In this document: piece after piece, positions 1 to 11,600 of the stretch
Layout: every line of letters begins with the position of its first letter
Numbering within the stretch: the stretch's first letter is position 1
Virus record (IMG/VR): IMGVR_UViG_3300028591_003737
Span: 96,001-160,000 of that record
Origin: a virus
Lineage: Duplodnaviria > Caudoviricetes
Strand: one strand, 5' to 3'
Length of the DNA: 64,000 nt
Program-made: the position numbers and the translations under genes
Notes under the pieces: model-generated
Told to the model about the DNA's origin: nothing
The model's database searches: none
Seen by the model: only the letters and a program-made list of their open reading frames with translations

Positions 1-2
1 GT

Positions 3-2198
3 TCAAATGAAGATCTTGGTGAAGAAGATAATACTGAAATTGATGAAACTGAAGAAGATACTAATGCTTATGTAAAAGAAAAGAATATTACTAGAATTGT
101 TCCTGGTGATAAGAAACCTTTATATCACAAGAATAGTAATAATACATATACATTAGTTAATTTAAATACTGATTCTATTTATTCAACTGCTGAATATTAC
201 ATCTTAGATGATAATTACATTTATGAAGAAATTCTTGGTAGTGATGCTAAAGAAAATGGTATTTCAGAACTTTATAATAGAAATACTAATGGTACATATT
301 CATTAAATGTAAGTATAGTAGTTGATAATAATATATATTATATAAGAAAAGAAAATTATATTAAAGTAGATAATCCTGAAGAATATCTTTCAACATATGA
401 TTTAGTTTTATTCTATGGTGAACCTAAAGTATTACCTATTTCAATATATCCAGTAAATTCTTATAGAAGTTATGTTACAGTAGAATATGATCCTGAAAAG
501 ATTATATTATATGAAGATGGTAGAATTGCTGCTACAGTTGGTAATAACTTTGATTCTCAAGTAATTATCAAAGCAACAAATAATCCTAATGTATATTGTA
601 CAATTAATGTAAGATTAACAACCCCTGTTAAACAAATAGTATTTGCAAATGATAATATTAAAGAATTAAATATTGGAGAAAGTGGAGTTATTAATTACAA
701 TGTTTTACCAGCAACAGCATTTGATAAAGGAATTAATTGGACATTATCAGATAATGAAGCTATTTCTATTGAACAAATTAATGAAAGTTCAATCAGATTA
801 ACTGCTAATAAGAAATGTGAAAAATGTACAATTACTGCTGAAGCTGCTGATGGTTTTGGTGCTGCTGCTTCATTTGATTTTGAAGTTATTCAACCAGCAG
901 AATCTGTAGTATGGGATCAGGATAATATAATTTATAATGAACCAGTTTATTATACTCCACAAGAAGTTGCTGCATTTGAAGCAGAACATATGGATGAAAT
1001 AGCAGCTGGTACAATAGTTCCTATTACAACAGATGATATTAAAGAACCAGCATACTATTCAATGGTAGCTTTACTTTATAAAGAATATATACTTAGTCCA
1101 AAAGTATCTCCAGAAGATACTTCATATAAAGATATAAACTGGACAAGTTCAGATTCTTCAATAGCAGAAGTTATTGAAAAGAATGTTAAAGTTATTGATG
1201 TTGAAAAAGTATCTCACATTGCTACAGAACTTGATGTTGAAGCAGGACGTGCAACAGAAGTAGGACAAGAAGTTATTGATACTCCTGAACGTTCACATAC
1301 TGAATTAAAATATGTTTTAACTTCTCATAAAGTTGGTAATGTTGAAATTACTGGTGCATTAAGAAGATATAATGATTTAGTAGTAAAGATTAGTGTTAGA
1401 ATTGATCAATCAATTGAAACAATTAACGTTTATCCTTCTACTTTATCACTTAATATAAATACTAAGAAAAAACTTACTGCAGAAATTTTACCTGAAACTG
1501 CAGTTAATGGAACAATTACTTGGTTAAGTAGAAATAACAATATTGTTACAGTTAGTCCTCAAGGAACAATTACTGCTGTAAATCCTGGTGCTACAACAGT
1601 TGTAGCTCATGCTCTTGATGGTAGTGATGTTGATGGTATATGCTCAGTAACAGTAACAATTCCTGCTAAAGACATTACTTTAAGTGGTGATACTACAAAT
1701 GGTATTGTTTATGTAGGTATTGGTAACACAACAGTTATTACTGCTGAAATAACTCACAATACTACTTATGGTACAAATGAATCTAATATGAACAAACAAA
1801 TTAATTGGGTAAGTTCAGATACAAATGTAGCAACAATTAATGAAAGTGGTGTTGTAACAGGTATTACATTAGGTAAGACAACAATAATTGCAAATGCAAA
1901 AGATGGTTCTGGTGTATTTGGAACAATTCAAGTACAGGTAATCAAATTAATCGAAGAAATTGGATTTGAATTTGATGAAATTGAAATGGAATTAAGTGAT
2001 TCATTAGTACTTGTACCAAATATTTTACCTGCTGATGCTTCTAATGAAATAGTTATTTGGTCATCAAGTGATGAAACAGTAGCTAAAGTAAAAGAAAGTG
2101 GTATTGTTTATGCTCTTTCACAAGGAACTGCAACAATCACAGCAACTACAACAGATGGTAGTAATTTAACAGCAACTTGCAATATTACAATTTTATAA
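3..2198 (+). CDS. Ig-like (Big_2) repeat virion/tail protein, 5'-truncated by window edge
   Basis: The frame of ORF 990..2198 appears open back to position 3 (SNEDLGEED...). It has repeated Big_2 signatures: WTSSDSSIAEV, WVSSDTNVATINESGVVTG, WSSSDETVAKVKESGIV, TATTTDGSNLTATCNITI. Confidence 0.85.
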   Translation, partial: SNEDLGEEDNTEIDETEEDTNAYVKEKNITRIVPGDKKPLYHKNSNNTYTLVNLNTDSIYSTAEYYILDDNYIYEEILGSDAKENGISELYNRNTNGTYSLNVSIVVDNNIYYIRKENYIKVDNPEEYLSTYDLVLFYGEPKVLPISIYPVNSYRSYVTVEYDPEKIILYEDGRIAATVGNNFDSQVIIKATNNPNVYCTINVRLTTPVKQIVFANDNIKELNIGESGVINYNVLPATAFDKGINWTLSDNEAISIEQINESSIRLTANKKCEKCTITAEAADGFGAAASFDFEVIQPAESVVWDQDNIIYNEPVYYTPQEVAAFEAEHMDEIAAGTIVPITTDDIKEPAYYSMVALLYKEYILSPKVSPEDTSYKDINWTSSDSSIAEVIEKNVKVIDVEKVSHIATELDVEAGRATEVGQEVIDTPERSHTELKYVLTSHKVGNVEITGALRRYNDLVVKISVRIDQSIETINVYPSTLSLNINTKKKLTAEILPETAVNGTITWLSRNNNIVTVSPQGTITAVNPGATTVVAHALDGSDVDGICSVTVTIPAKDITLSGDTTNGIVYVGIGNTTVITAEITHNTTYGTNESNMNKQINWVSSDTNVATINESGVVTGITLGKTTIIANAKDGSGVFGTIQVQVIKLIEEIGFEFDEIEMELSDSLVLVPNILPADASNEIVIWSSSDETVAKVKESGIVYALSQGTATITATTTDGSNLTATCNITIL

Positions 2199-2221
2199 GA
2201 AAATAATAAAAGTATTAAAAT

Positions 2222-5221
2222 ATGAATAATTTAAGTAATATACAAAATTTAGATTCAATTATATTTTTTACAGGAGAATATTCAACAGTTGCTGCTCAAA
2301 CTTTAGAAAATAGAGACTATGGTACATCTGTTGAAGGATATGGAACACTAAAGAAAGATGGTAATTCTTATTCATATTATAGTAGTTTTCCTAATGTAAA
2401 ATATATTGAAAGAAATGTTAATTTTGAAAATATGAATGATTTGTATTTTGAAACATTAAGTTATGTTTCAGATATAAATCCTGATTTCTCAGTTGGATAT
2501 ACTTATATTGCAAAGAATAGATATAATGCTATTTATACATATGAAACTGATTTAGATAATGATTTTGATAATGCAAAGATTTTTGTACCTAGAGATTTAA
2601 ATGACTTCTTAGTTGGTTTAAATAATCAAAAGTATAATAAACAAGCAAAATATGGTAATGGAATTGAAGTATCATCAATTAAGATTGATCAAACATATTA
2701 TAGATGGTACCCTAAAGATACTATTGCTTACTATAATATTATCGAACATGAAATTCCTATCACATATACATATTATACTATGAATGATAATAGTACAAAT
2801 GCATTCACTGATTGGGATAGTGTTGAAATGACAGAAGAATTATCTGAAATGAAAGCATATGCTGAAGCAAATAATTTATATCTTCACCAGTTTACATATA
2901 GTTATACTGAAATTGAAACAGAAAGTATTCCTTATATAATTGGTGGTAACTATTACTCATATGTAAGAAAATCTTATGATACTATCAATAATACAATAGT
3001 TAATAAAGTAGCTTATAATCTTGGAAAATTTGAAGAAAAATATAATAATGATCCATCAATTTATGCTTACTATATGTATGATTGTAATTCTGATATTGAA
3101 ATGTTATTAACAACAGAAAGTCTTGGAATTAAACAAAGTACATTTAAGATTGGATTTGATAGTAAATATGATAACTGGTTTGGTAATACTATTAATATTA
3201 AAGCTGATTTATCTTCTGGTGATGAAGTTGCTAAGATAACATCATTTAAAGATAATGAAGTATTCTCAATTTTCAAAAATAAGAAAGATAGATTAACTGG
3301 AGAAAATATACAAATTAATAAAGATAATACTGAAACATTTGTTGCACAATTATCTTCTTCAATTGAAGATGAAGATATAATCAATATTCTTACTCCTTAT
3401 TCTATTGATACTTTAGATTTAAGTCCTATTAAGACAAAGATTTCTTCAGTATTTAATATTAATGAAAGTAACTGGATTTTAAGAGATTGTAATCTTAAAT
3501 CACTTATTCTTGATGATGGTGATAATAATACTAAATCTAATATTGAAAAGATTTTTGGATTAAATGATATTACAACATTAGAATATATTAATATATCAAA
3601 TGTTAATAAACTTAGAGCAACTCCTGCTATTGATAAACTTGAAAATCTTAAAGTTTTCAGTGCAAGTAATAGTAATATTGATTCATTCCGTCCAGCAAGA
3701 GGTGCTACATTATATCATGTAGATCTTCCAGAAAGTGTTAAATCAATTAAATTAGTTGATAATACATTTGAAAGTGGAGTATTAACTATTGCTGGAGAAG
3801 CAAGAGAATTTGATGGTAAATTAAATTATACTCCTAATACAAATTTAAGTAATTTAACATTAAGAAATATTGATAATGAATTATCATATAATCTTGTAAC
3901 AGATTGGTATAGTGTATTAGATGATGCTAATATGTTAGATAATAGTTTAATTTATCTTGAAATGAAGAATATTAATTGGAATAATGTTCCAGCATCAACA
4001 CTTATTAATCTTAAGAAATTTGATATTAATCCTAATTTAAGTGGAGAAATTTCAATTATTGGTTCTGGTAATTATAAATGGTTAACTAGAAGTGAATATC
4101 AGAATATTACAAAATTATATGGTGTTAATGCCTTTGTTCAAGGAAATACTGTATCTAATAAGATATTTAAAGATTTAGATATTGATGTAACAAAGAATAA
4201 AGAAACATTTGAATTTACATTACAAGTAAAAAATGATAATGTAACTAATAAAAATGCTGCTTTAACAATTGATGATATTACTGCAACAAGATATAAAGAT
4301 ACTCTTAATGTAGAATTCAAAGGATATATTTATGATAGATCAGATAATGCTGAAACAATAGTATCTCCTTATAATAACAGAGCTGCTAATTCTGTTTTAG
4401 ATATGATTTATTCAGGAGAAGTTACAGAATTTAACTTTGTAAAAGATCCTATTGATAAATATGTATATTGTAAACTTCCTAGAAGTATTGATACTTCTTC
4501 TTCAAATGAAGTAAAGAATATTAATGCTGGTGATATACTTTTATTCAATGGTGATACACTTGTAATTTTCTTTGAAAATACTACAAATACATTATATGAA
4601 TATATTAAACTTGGTTCAATAGTTGATGAAACTGTACAAGATTATATGGGTAGATTAGTTTCAAGTATTGCACACTGGTTTGATGATGACGATGAAAGTT
4701 ATAAATTAACATTTATTCCATCTCAAAGAGAAACAGTTATTCAAGAACTTTCAATTGAACTTGAAGGAAATCATGAAAATAATATAATTTATAATACAGA
4801 TGTAAATCCATTTAGTATTAAAGTTTATATTGATGAAAATGCTCTTGAAAATCTTGAAGATGTAGAAAATAAACAAGTTAATATTGAATATGATTCAAAT
4901 ATATTAACTATTACAGAAGAAGAACCTACTGATGAATATAAATTATATTCAGTTCAAGCAAAAGATGGTTATAACTTTAATGAAATAGTTAATACTACAA
5001 TTTCAATTTATTGTGATGCTAATAGAGTAGATACTGAACAAGTTATTAATGTATCACTTAGAAATGAATTTGAATATTCACAATATGATGAAAATGAAAA
5101 TAATCTTCTTCTTAATAGTAATATGTATCAATATAATGATAATGATCAATATATAACAATTGATACTTCATTAGTTGATGTACATTATGATGAAGATACT
5201 CAAATACTTACAATTGATTAA
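2222..5221 (+). CDS. Structural protein with leucine-rich-repeat region and cyclophilin-like (Cyclophil_like2-type) domain
   Basis: 999 aa. LRR-like stretch GLNDITTLEYINISNVNKL...LENLKVFSASNS; segment KLPRSIDT...AGDILLFNGDTLVIFF...YIKLGSI resembles the cyclophilin-like family. Confidence 0.6.
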   Translation: MNNLSNIQNLDSIIFFTGEYSTVAAQTLENRDYGTSVEGYGTLKKDGNSYSYYSSFPNVKYIERNVNFENMNDLYFETLSYVSDINPDFSVGYTYIAKNRYNAIYTYETDLDNDFDNAKIFVPRDLNDFLVGLNNQKYNKQAKYGNGIEVSSIKIDQTYYRWYPKDTIAYYNIIEHEIPITYTYYTMNDNSTNAFTDWDSVEMTEELSEMKAYAEANNLYLHQFTYSYTEIETESIPYIIGGNYYSYVRKSYDTINNTIVNKVAYNLGKFEEKYNNDPSIYAYYMYDCNSDIEMLLTTESLGIKQSTFKIGFDSKYDNWFGNTINIKADLSSGDEVAKITSFKDNEVFSIFKNKKDRLTGENIQINKDNTETFVAQLSSSIEDEDIINILTPYSIDTLDLSPIKTKISSVFNINESNWILRDCNLKSLILDDGDNNTKSNIEKIFGLNDITTLEYINISNVNKLRATPAIDKLENLKVFSASNSNIDSFRPARGATLYHVDLPESVKSIKLVDNTFESGVLTIAGEAREFDGKLNYTPNTNLSNLTLRNIDNELSYNLVTDWYSVLDDANMLDNSLIYLEMKNINWNNVPASTLINLKKFDINPNLSGEISIIGSGNYKWLTRSEYQNITKLYGVNAFVQGNTVSNKIFKDLDIDVTKNKETFEFTLQVKNDNVTNKNAALTIDDITATRYKDTLNVEFKGYIYDRSDNAETIVSPYNNRAANSVLDMIYSGEVTEFNFVKDPIDKYVYCKLPRSIDTSSSNEVKNINAGDILLFNGDTLVIFFENTTNTLYEYIKLGSIVDETVQDYMGRLVSSIAHWFDDDDESYKLTFIPSQRETVIQELSIELEGNHENNIIYNTDVNPFSIKVYIDENALENLEDVENKQVNIEYDSNILTITEEEPTDEYKLYSVQAKDGYNFNEIVNTTISIYCDANRVDTEQVINVSLRNEFEYSQYDENENNLLLNSNMYQYNDNDQYITIDTSLVDVHYDEDTQILTID

Positions 5222-5243
5222 TAAATATATTTAAATATATACA

Positions 5244-5468
5244 ATGACAGAAAAATTAGTTAAAGGTTTAAAATTATCAAATTCAGAAGATACATTTGTT
5301 ATTGACTGTAAAAATGATAATTTAGTTGAAACACTTAGTAGTCAAGTAACTTCATTAATTGAAGAAGTAAATGCTTTAAAATCTAAATGTAATGCTTTAC
5401 AAGAAGAAGTTAATGATCTTAAGTATAATCAATCTGATGAACAAGGAGAACATAATTCAAATAATTAA
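5244..5468 (+). CDS. Small coiled-coil protein
   Basis: 74 aa, heptad pattern LIEEVNALKSKCNALQEEVNDLK; lies within the structural operon. Confidence 0.7.
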   Translation: MTEKLVKGLKLSNSEDTFVIDCKNDNLVETLSSQVTSLIEEVNALKSKCNALQEEVNDLKYNQSDEQGEHNSNN

Positions 5469-5557
5469 TCCTTTTTATTATAGCATATTTTATATTTTTG
5501 AGGTGGTATATTTTATATATATCACCTTTATTTATGGAAATTTATACAGTTTTTAGT

Positions 5558-5571
5558 TTTATTTTTAATTA
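5558..5571 (+). promoter_or_regulatory. Putative late promoter motif TTTATTTTTA
   Basis: tttatttttaatta 62 nt upstream of the 2954-aa gene; the same core precedes most structural operons. Confidence 0.55.
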
Positions 5572-5633
5572 AATAAGTTCTTATTTGTTAAGAATTGAAT
5601 TATACAAAATAAATAAATATACTTTAATAAAAT

Positions 5634-8600
5634 ATGGCAACAATACTTTGGGATCAAGAGATTGATAAAACAATTGATTGGGCTGGTGATGTTAATACTG
5701 GTAACGCACCTGTTTCTGGAAAGTATGTACAAAAATTTATCAAAGACACTCTTGCAAAGAAGTTTGGTTACATGTATTATGATAGATCTGCTCTTAAATA
5801 CTTAGTATTTGCAGATGAAGATGATTATAATACATATTCATTAGATCCTACAAATAATAGCAGCTTATTGCTTGCAACATTCGATGCTCCAGCACCTGCT
5901 ACTATTTCTATTGTAGATTCTTCAGACTATAATGTAACAACACTTTTAACAGCAAGTCAAAGAAAATTACACTTCAATTATTATATCATTGATAAGTCAA
6001 GTAATGCTGTAGCTGAAAACGTTTCTATGAGAGTTTTAATTACTCGTAGTGGTGAATCTCAGTCATTTACTGATACTATCTCAATCGATAGAGAGAATTA
6101 TAATAAACCTGAAGTTGGTACATATAAGGAAATAGAACTTGATAGTTATCTTACAGAAGAAGGTAACTATACAATTACTATTACCTTAACAGGTCTTAAC
6201 ACCCAAGCTTCAACAACTTTAACATATTTCTATACAGTTGTTAATCTTGATCTTTCATTAGATAACTTTAAGTATTATATTCCATTTGATAGCACAGAAG
6301 GTACATTTGAAATTTCATTTACTGCTAAAGGTGCTGCTGGTATTCAGAAATCAATGGAAGTATACATTGATGGTGAAGAATTAAATCAGGAAGGATTAGG
6401 ATTTAGAAATGCTTTCTCAAGTGGTAATACAATCGGTGGTGGTGCTTCTATTACTGATTATCTTACTCTTTACAATAAAGATATTAATGGTAATCTTGTA
6501 AAATGGGGAACAGATATTGAAAATAGTAATTTATGGAATAAATCAAAATTTGCTCCTGGTAAGCACTCAATTCAGTTAAGAATTTCTATTCCTGGTGAAG
6601 AACTTGATAAGCCATTCTACTCAAAGACAAAATACTTTGACTTTGTTGTAGTAGATCCTGAATCAACATTAAAACCAACTTACTTACTTTATGCTACTGA
6701 TGTTGAAGCTGGTAAGATTTTCGATGTTAATAGTCCTATCGAAATTACTGGTCAACAGTATACATCTATTGGTTTAAATGTTGCTGCAGTTGATGTTGGT
6801 AATAGAAAAACAGTTGTTAATTATAATATTGAAGGTGAAACTTCACATACAACTAATTCAATTCAGCACACTGTAGATAATCAAACTGTTGATACATTCG
6901 AATATATCTTCGATACTCCTGATACATATGTATTAACAGTAACTGATGGTTTCACAAATTCAGTACAGGTTGAAGCTAAAATTACAGTAACAGCTTTCAA
7001 TACTAATGGTGAAAAACTTGAAGAACAAGATCAATCTAACTTACTTGTTAAATATACAGCTCTTAATAGAAGTAATTCTGAATTAAATAAGACAGTTTGG
7101 GAAAACAGTGCTATTAACTTCTCACACAATAAATATTCTGCAATATTTAACAATGTTCTTTGGAATGACCAATCTGGTTGGAATGGTGAAGCACTTGTAC
7201 TTAAGAATGGTGCTACAGTAGAACTTCCAGTTGATTTATTTAGTATTTTCGATAATGCTGGTCTTGGTCTTACATTTGAAATTGATTTTGAAACATTCGA
7301 TGTTCAAAATGATGATGCTTTAGTTATGGACTATAGCGATAATCAATTAATTAACTCTTCATATATTAAGATTACCGCTACACAAGCATCTATGAATTCT
7401 AATAAAGGTATTTTCCTTAAGACAAACTTCAAGGATAATACAAGAAATAAGATTGCATTCGTATTTAACCCTACAACAAAAGTAGAAGGTGGTATTTCTC
7501 AGGGTACAGGTAATCCTAACCTTATGTTAATCTATGTTAACGGTGTTCTTGACCGTGCAGGTAAATGGGGTAATGGTGAACCAGCATCAGATGATATTAA
7601 CTGGACAAATCCTAATACTAAATCAATTATTATTGGTAATACAACAGGTGAAGCTGGTATTAAGGTTTATAGTATTAGAATTTATCGTTCATCACTTGTT
7701 CCTGAACAGGCATTTATGAACTATATCGTTGACCAGGGTAAGAATATTCCTGCAATTATTAATAAAAACCACGTTATTGATGAAAGTGGTAATATCAGCT
7801 TAGACTTAGTAAAGGGTAAGATTCCTACACTTATTCTTTCAACTGATTACACTTTAATCAATAACCAAACAAATAAGAAGAATAATACTCAGTATGAATT
7901 ACAGTATTTTGACCCAATTGATCCAACTCTTAACTTCTATGTAAGAAATGGTTGGTTATCATGTCAGGGTACTTCTTCTATGCAATATCCTATTAAGAAC
8001 TTACGTCCTTATTTCAATAAACAGGCTAATGAAAAAACATTCTCATTTGGTATTTCATCAAGTGCTGCAGCTCAGGCATTAATTTCTAATGGTATTAGTG
8101 TTACTCCTAACTTTAATACAGAATTCTGGCCAGCATGTGAATATAACAATGATTCAATCGGTAATCATGAAGAAGATGTTGCTTCATTCGTTGATGCTAA
8201 TGGTATTCTTCCTTATTCTGTTAATAAGAAAGAAGTTGTAAAAGATAAGGAATTTAAGAATGATAATGGTGATAATGAATTCCATGAAATTGGTAAAGGT
8301 TTATCTAAAGAATATAAGATTGATTTAGGTACTAAATATTTTGGTAAGACTGAAATTTATTATCTTAATGGTACTGCTACTGTTAAAGGTAAAGAAGTTG
8401 ATCACTATGAAATATTAACTCTTGCTGATGGTCAATCAGCTAAAGATGCTATAACAAATCTTGTAGAAGCTGGTAAATCTATTTATATCTCAGCATATCG
8501 TCCACTTCTTAGATATGGTTGGGAAATTGGTTCTGATGATTATTGGATTTATATAAAACAACTTAGATATTCTGGTCAGAAATTATTTACTAAGGAAGTT

Positions 8601-11600
8601 ATCTCTGATCAAGATGGTAATGTTTTAGGTATTAGATATAATAAAGCTAAGAAGCTTAATAAAGATACAGAATATTACGGTTTAGGTGCTTGTTGGAGAC
8701 AATATGCTGAACCTCTTCACTACTCTGGTTGGACAGATAAATGGACACTTAAAACTGACTATGCTGAATCTTCAATGTGTCATAACTCTGGTATTGCTAG
8801 AGTATGGGGTAATGCTCTTAGAAATGTAATGCTTAATGGTGTTGCAGTTGGTTTAACAAAGGCACAGGGTTGTTCTAATGATCCATATTTCATTGATATT
8901 AGAACTTCTTGTGATGGTAAACCTGTTGTTCTTTTTGTAAAGAATCCTATTGGTTATGATGAAACAACTGGTAAAGTTGTATATGGTTCAGCTGAATTTG
9001 CTGGATTATTCAATATCATGACTGATAAATCTTCTACTCCATTATTTGGTTTCGAAGATATTAAAGATGAAAATAATAAATATTTATTTATCGCTAATGC
9101 AGACCTTGAAGATGATAAATCTAAGATTCCTGTAGGACAAGAAGATAATAAAGTTCAATGTTGGGAATTCTTACAGAATGGTTCTGCTCTTGGTACTGGT
9201 AATTCTCTTGCATTTGATACTCCTGGTGCAGCAGTATACAATGAAAAGGGTGAATTAATTTCTGGTGAAGTTACATATGCTGATGCTCAAACAGATAAAA
9301 AATTAGGTAAGAATATTGGTGAAGGTCGTCCAATCTTTACAGATTTTGAACCAAGATGGCCTGAAAGTGGTGAAGCTTATCATGAAGGTGATATGAACTT
9401 CTTCCAGGATGATGTATTCGGTGTTGAATCTAATTCATTTGAATCATTCTGGAACTGGCTTAACTTCACTAAACCAGCTGTTAACTATATAGTTTCTGGT
9501 AAATCTGGTTATGACTTCAGTCCTTATGTACCATTTGCAAATACTGCAGAAGCTGTATCTTGGAAAGCAGCTAACCCAGATAAACATATCTATATTCAGT
9601 GGAATAATTCAGGTAATATTGCTTATGCTGAAGAAGGTACACAATATGGTCTTAAGGGTGAAGAAACAATATTTGAATTTAATCCAAATATTGAAGGTCA
9701 ACCAATTTATTGGTTAGATGAATCAATTGATTATGAAGATGTTTCTAAATCACTTAATAATGCTAAGATTGGTGAAGTTTGGGGAAGTGATGTTTATGAA
9801 GTTCCTATTTATGGATTTGACTCTCTTAACCGTTTCGTTGATTCTGAAACAGGTTCAATCAATGAAGATGAAGCTTCTAAGTATGCAGTAACAGTATATA
9901 TGTCAAGAAATGGTAGAACATATACATATACAGATTGTTATGGCGTAACTAAGACATATGCTAATAGTTCTGAAATTTCTGATGATGAATATATGAGAGC
10001 AAGTGATGGTATATCATATGCTCAAAAGACATTTATGCAATTCTTCAGTGCAACTAAGTATGATCACTTAGATGTTTATAAAGTAGCTGCATATTATGTA
10101 TATATTATGAGATTCGGTGCTGTTGACCAGGTTGTTAAAAACTGTATGATGACATCAGAAGATGGTAAGCACTGGTATTTCATTAACTATGATAATGATA
10201 CTACTCTTGGTGTTAGAAATGATGCTCAGTTAATCTTTAACTGGGACTTCGATAGAGATACTTATGACTATTCAGGTAACTCATATGCTTACGCTGGTGC
10301 TAAGTCAGTTCTTTGGAATAACCTTTCAATGGATAATGACTTTATGAATATCGTTAAAGCAATTGATGCAGTTATGTATTCAACTGGTTTACTTTCAGCT
10401 AAAGCAGTTCTTGAATATCTTGATGAAAAACAAATGAATGTTTGGTGTGAAAGACTTTATAATAGTCAGGAACAGATCAAGTATCTTTCAACATTCAAGA
10501 ATAATTTTGAAACTGATAAATTCTTGTTATTCATGCAAGGAACAAGACATTCACATAGACAGTGGTGGGTAAATCACCGTTGGGAATTATTCGATGCTAT
10601 GTGGAGTAATGGTTCTTATGCTGATAAGAAGATTAAATATTATGAAGTTATTACAGATGCTTCTAATACTAATGAACTTGAATTCTTAAAGATTACAGCT
10701 GCTTCTAAGTATTACTTCACAGTTCAGAAGAACAATAATACAATTAATGGTGGTTTTGTTGAATTAAAGGCAGGTGAAAGTGCTTCATTCAAGACAAAAG
10801 AAAATATTGCTATTGGTGACCCTATGGTATTCATTGGTCCTCATAAGACTAAAGTTCTTAACTTCCGTCCTGGTAATAGATATCTTTCTGCAACACTTTC
10901 ACTTAATGAAACTTATCAGATCACAGAATCAGATGGTGTTACTAAGAGAAATACTAACTGGGTAGCAGAAGGTGGTACAATGATGAGTAAGTTATTAATT
11001 GGTAATGGTGTAACTAATTGTCCTGTAACTAATATCTCTGGTCTTAATGATATTTCTTCTCTTGAAGAAATTGATATTAGAAACTGTACATTATTAACAG
11101 CTTCACCATCAGTTAATAGACTTTCTAACTTACATATCTTTAGAGCAACTGGTTCAACATGTACAGTATTTGAACCTGCACAAGGTGTTATCTTACAAGA
11201 AGTTTCACTTCCTTCAGATAATGCTGCAGCATCAGGTGAAATTTATGTAACTGATGAACAAGGTAATCTTATTCCTAAGAAGGATGAACAAGGAAACATC
11301 TTAACTGATGAACAAGGTAATACTATTTATGAAACACAAAGAGTTTCTAATGTATATGCTCTTCAAACATTATCTCTTAATAGAGTAATCTTCCAGGCAC
11401 CTAATGAAAATTATGTTGTTTACCAGGAAGGTACTGATAATGATGCTCTTCCATATTCATTTGATGAAGAAGGTCATCTTACAGGTGTTTATACAGATGA
11501 TAAAGCATATAGATATACTTCAGAAAGTAAAGCAATCTTTGATGTACAACCTACAGCAAGATTAACTAATGTAACATTTAATAATGTTGTTGGTCTTGAT

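Noticed and set aside
11245-11325. DEQGN triple repeat in the 2954-aa protein
   Set aside because: A short beta-hairpin-type coding repeat with no evidence of separate function or phase variation.
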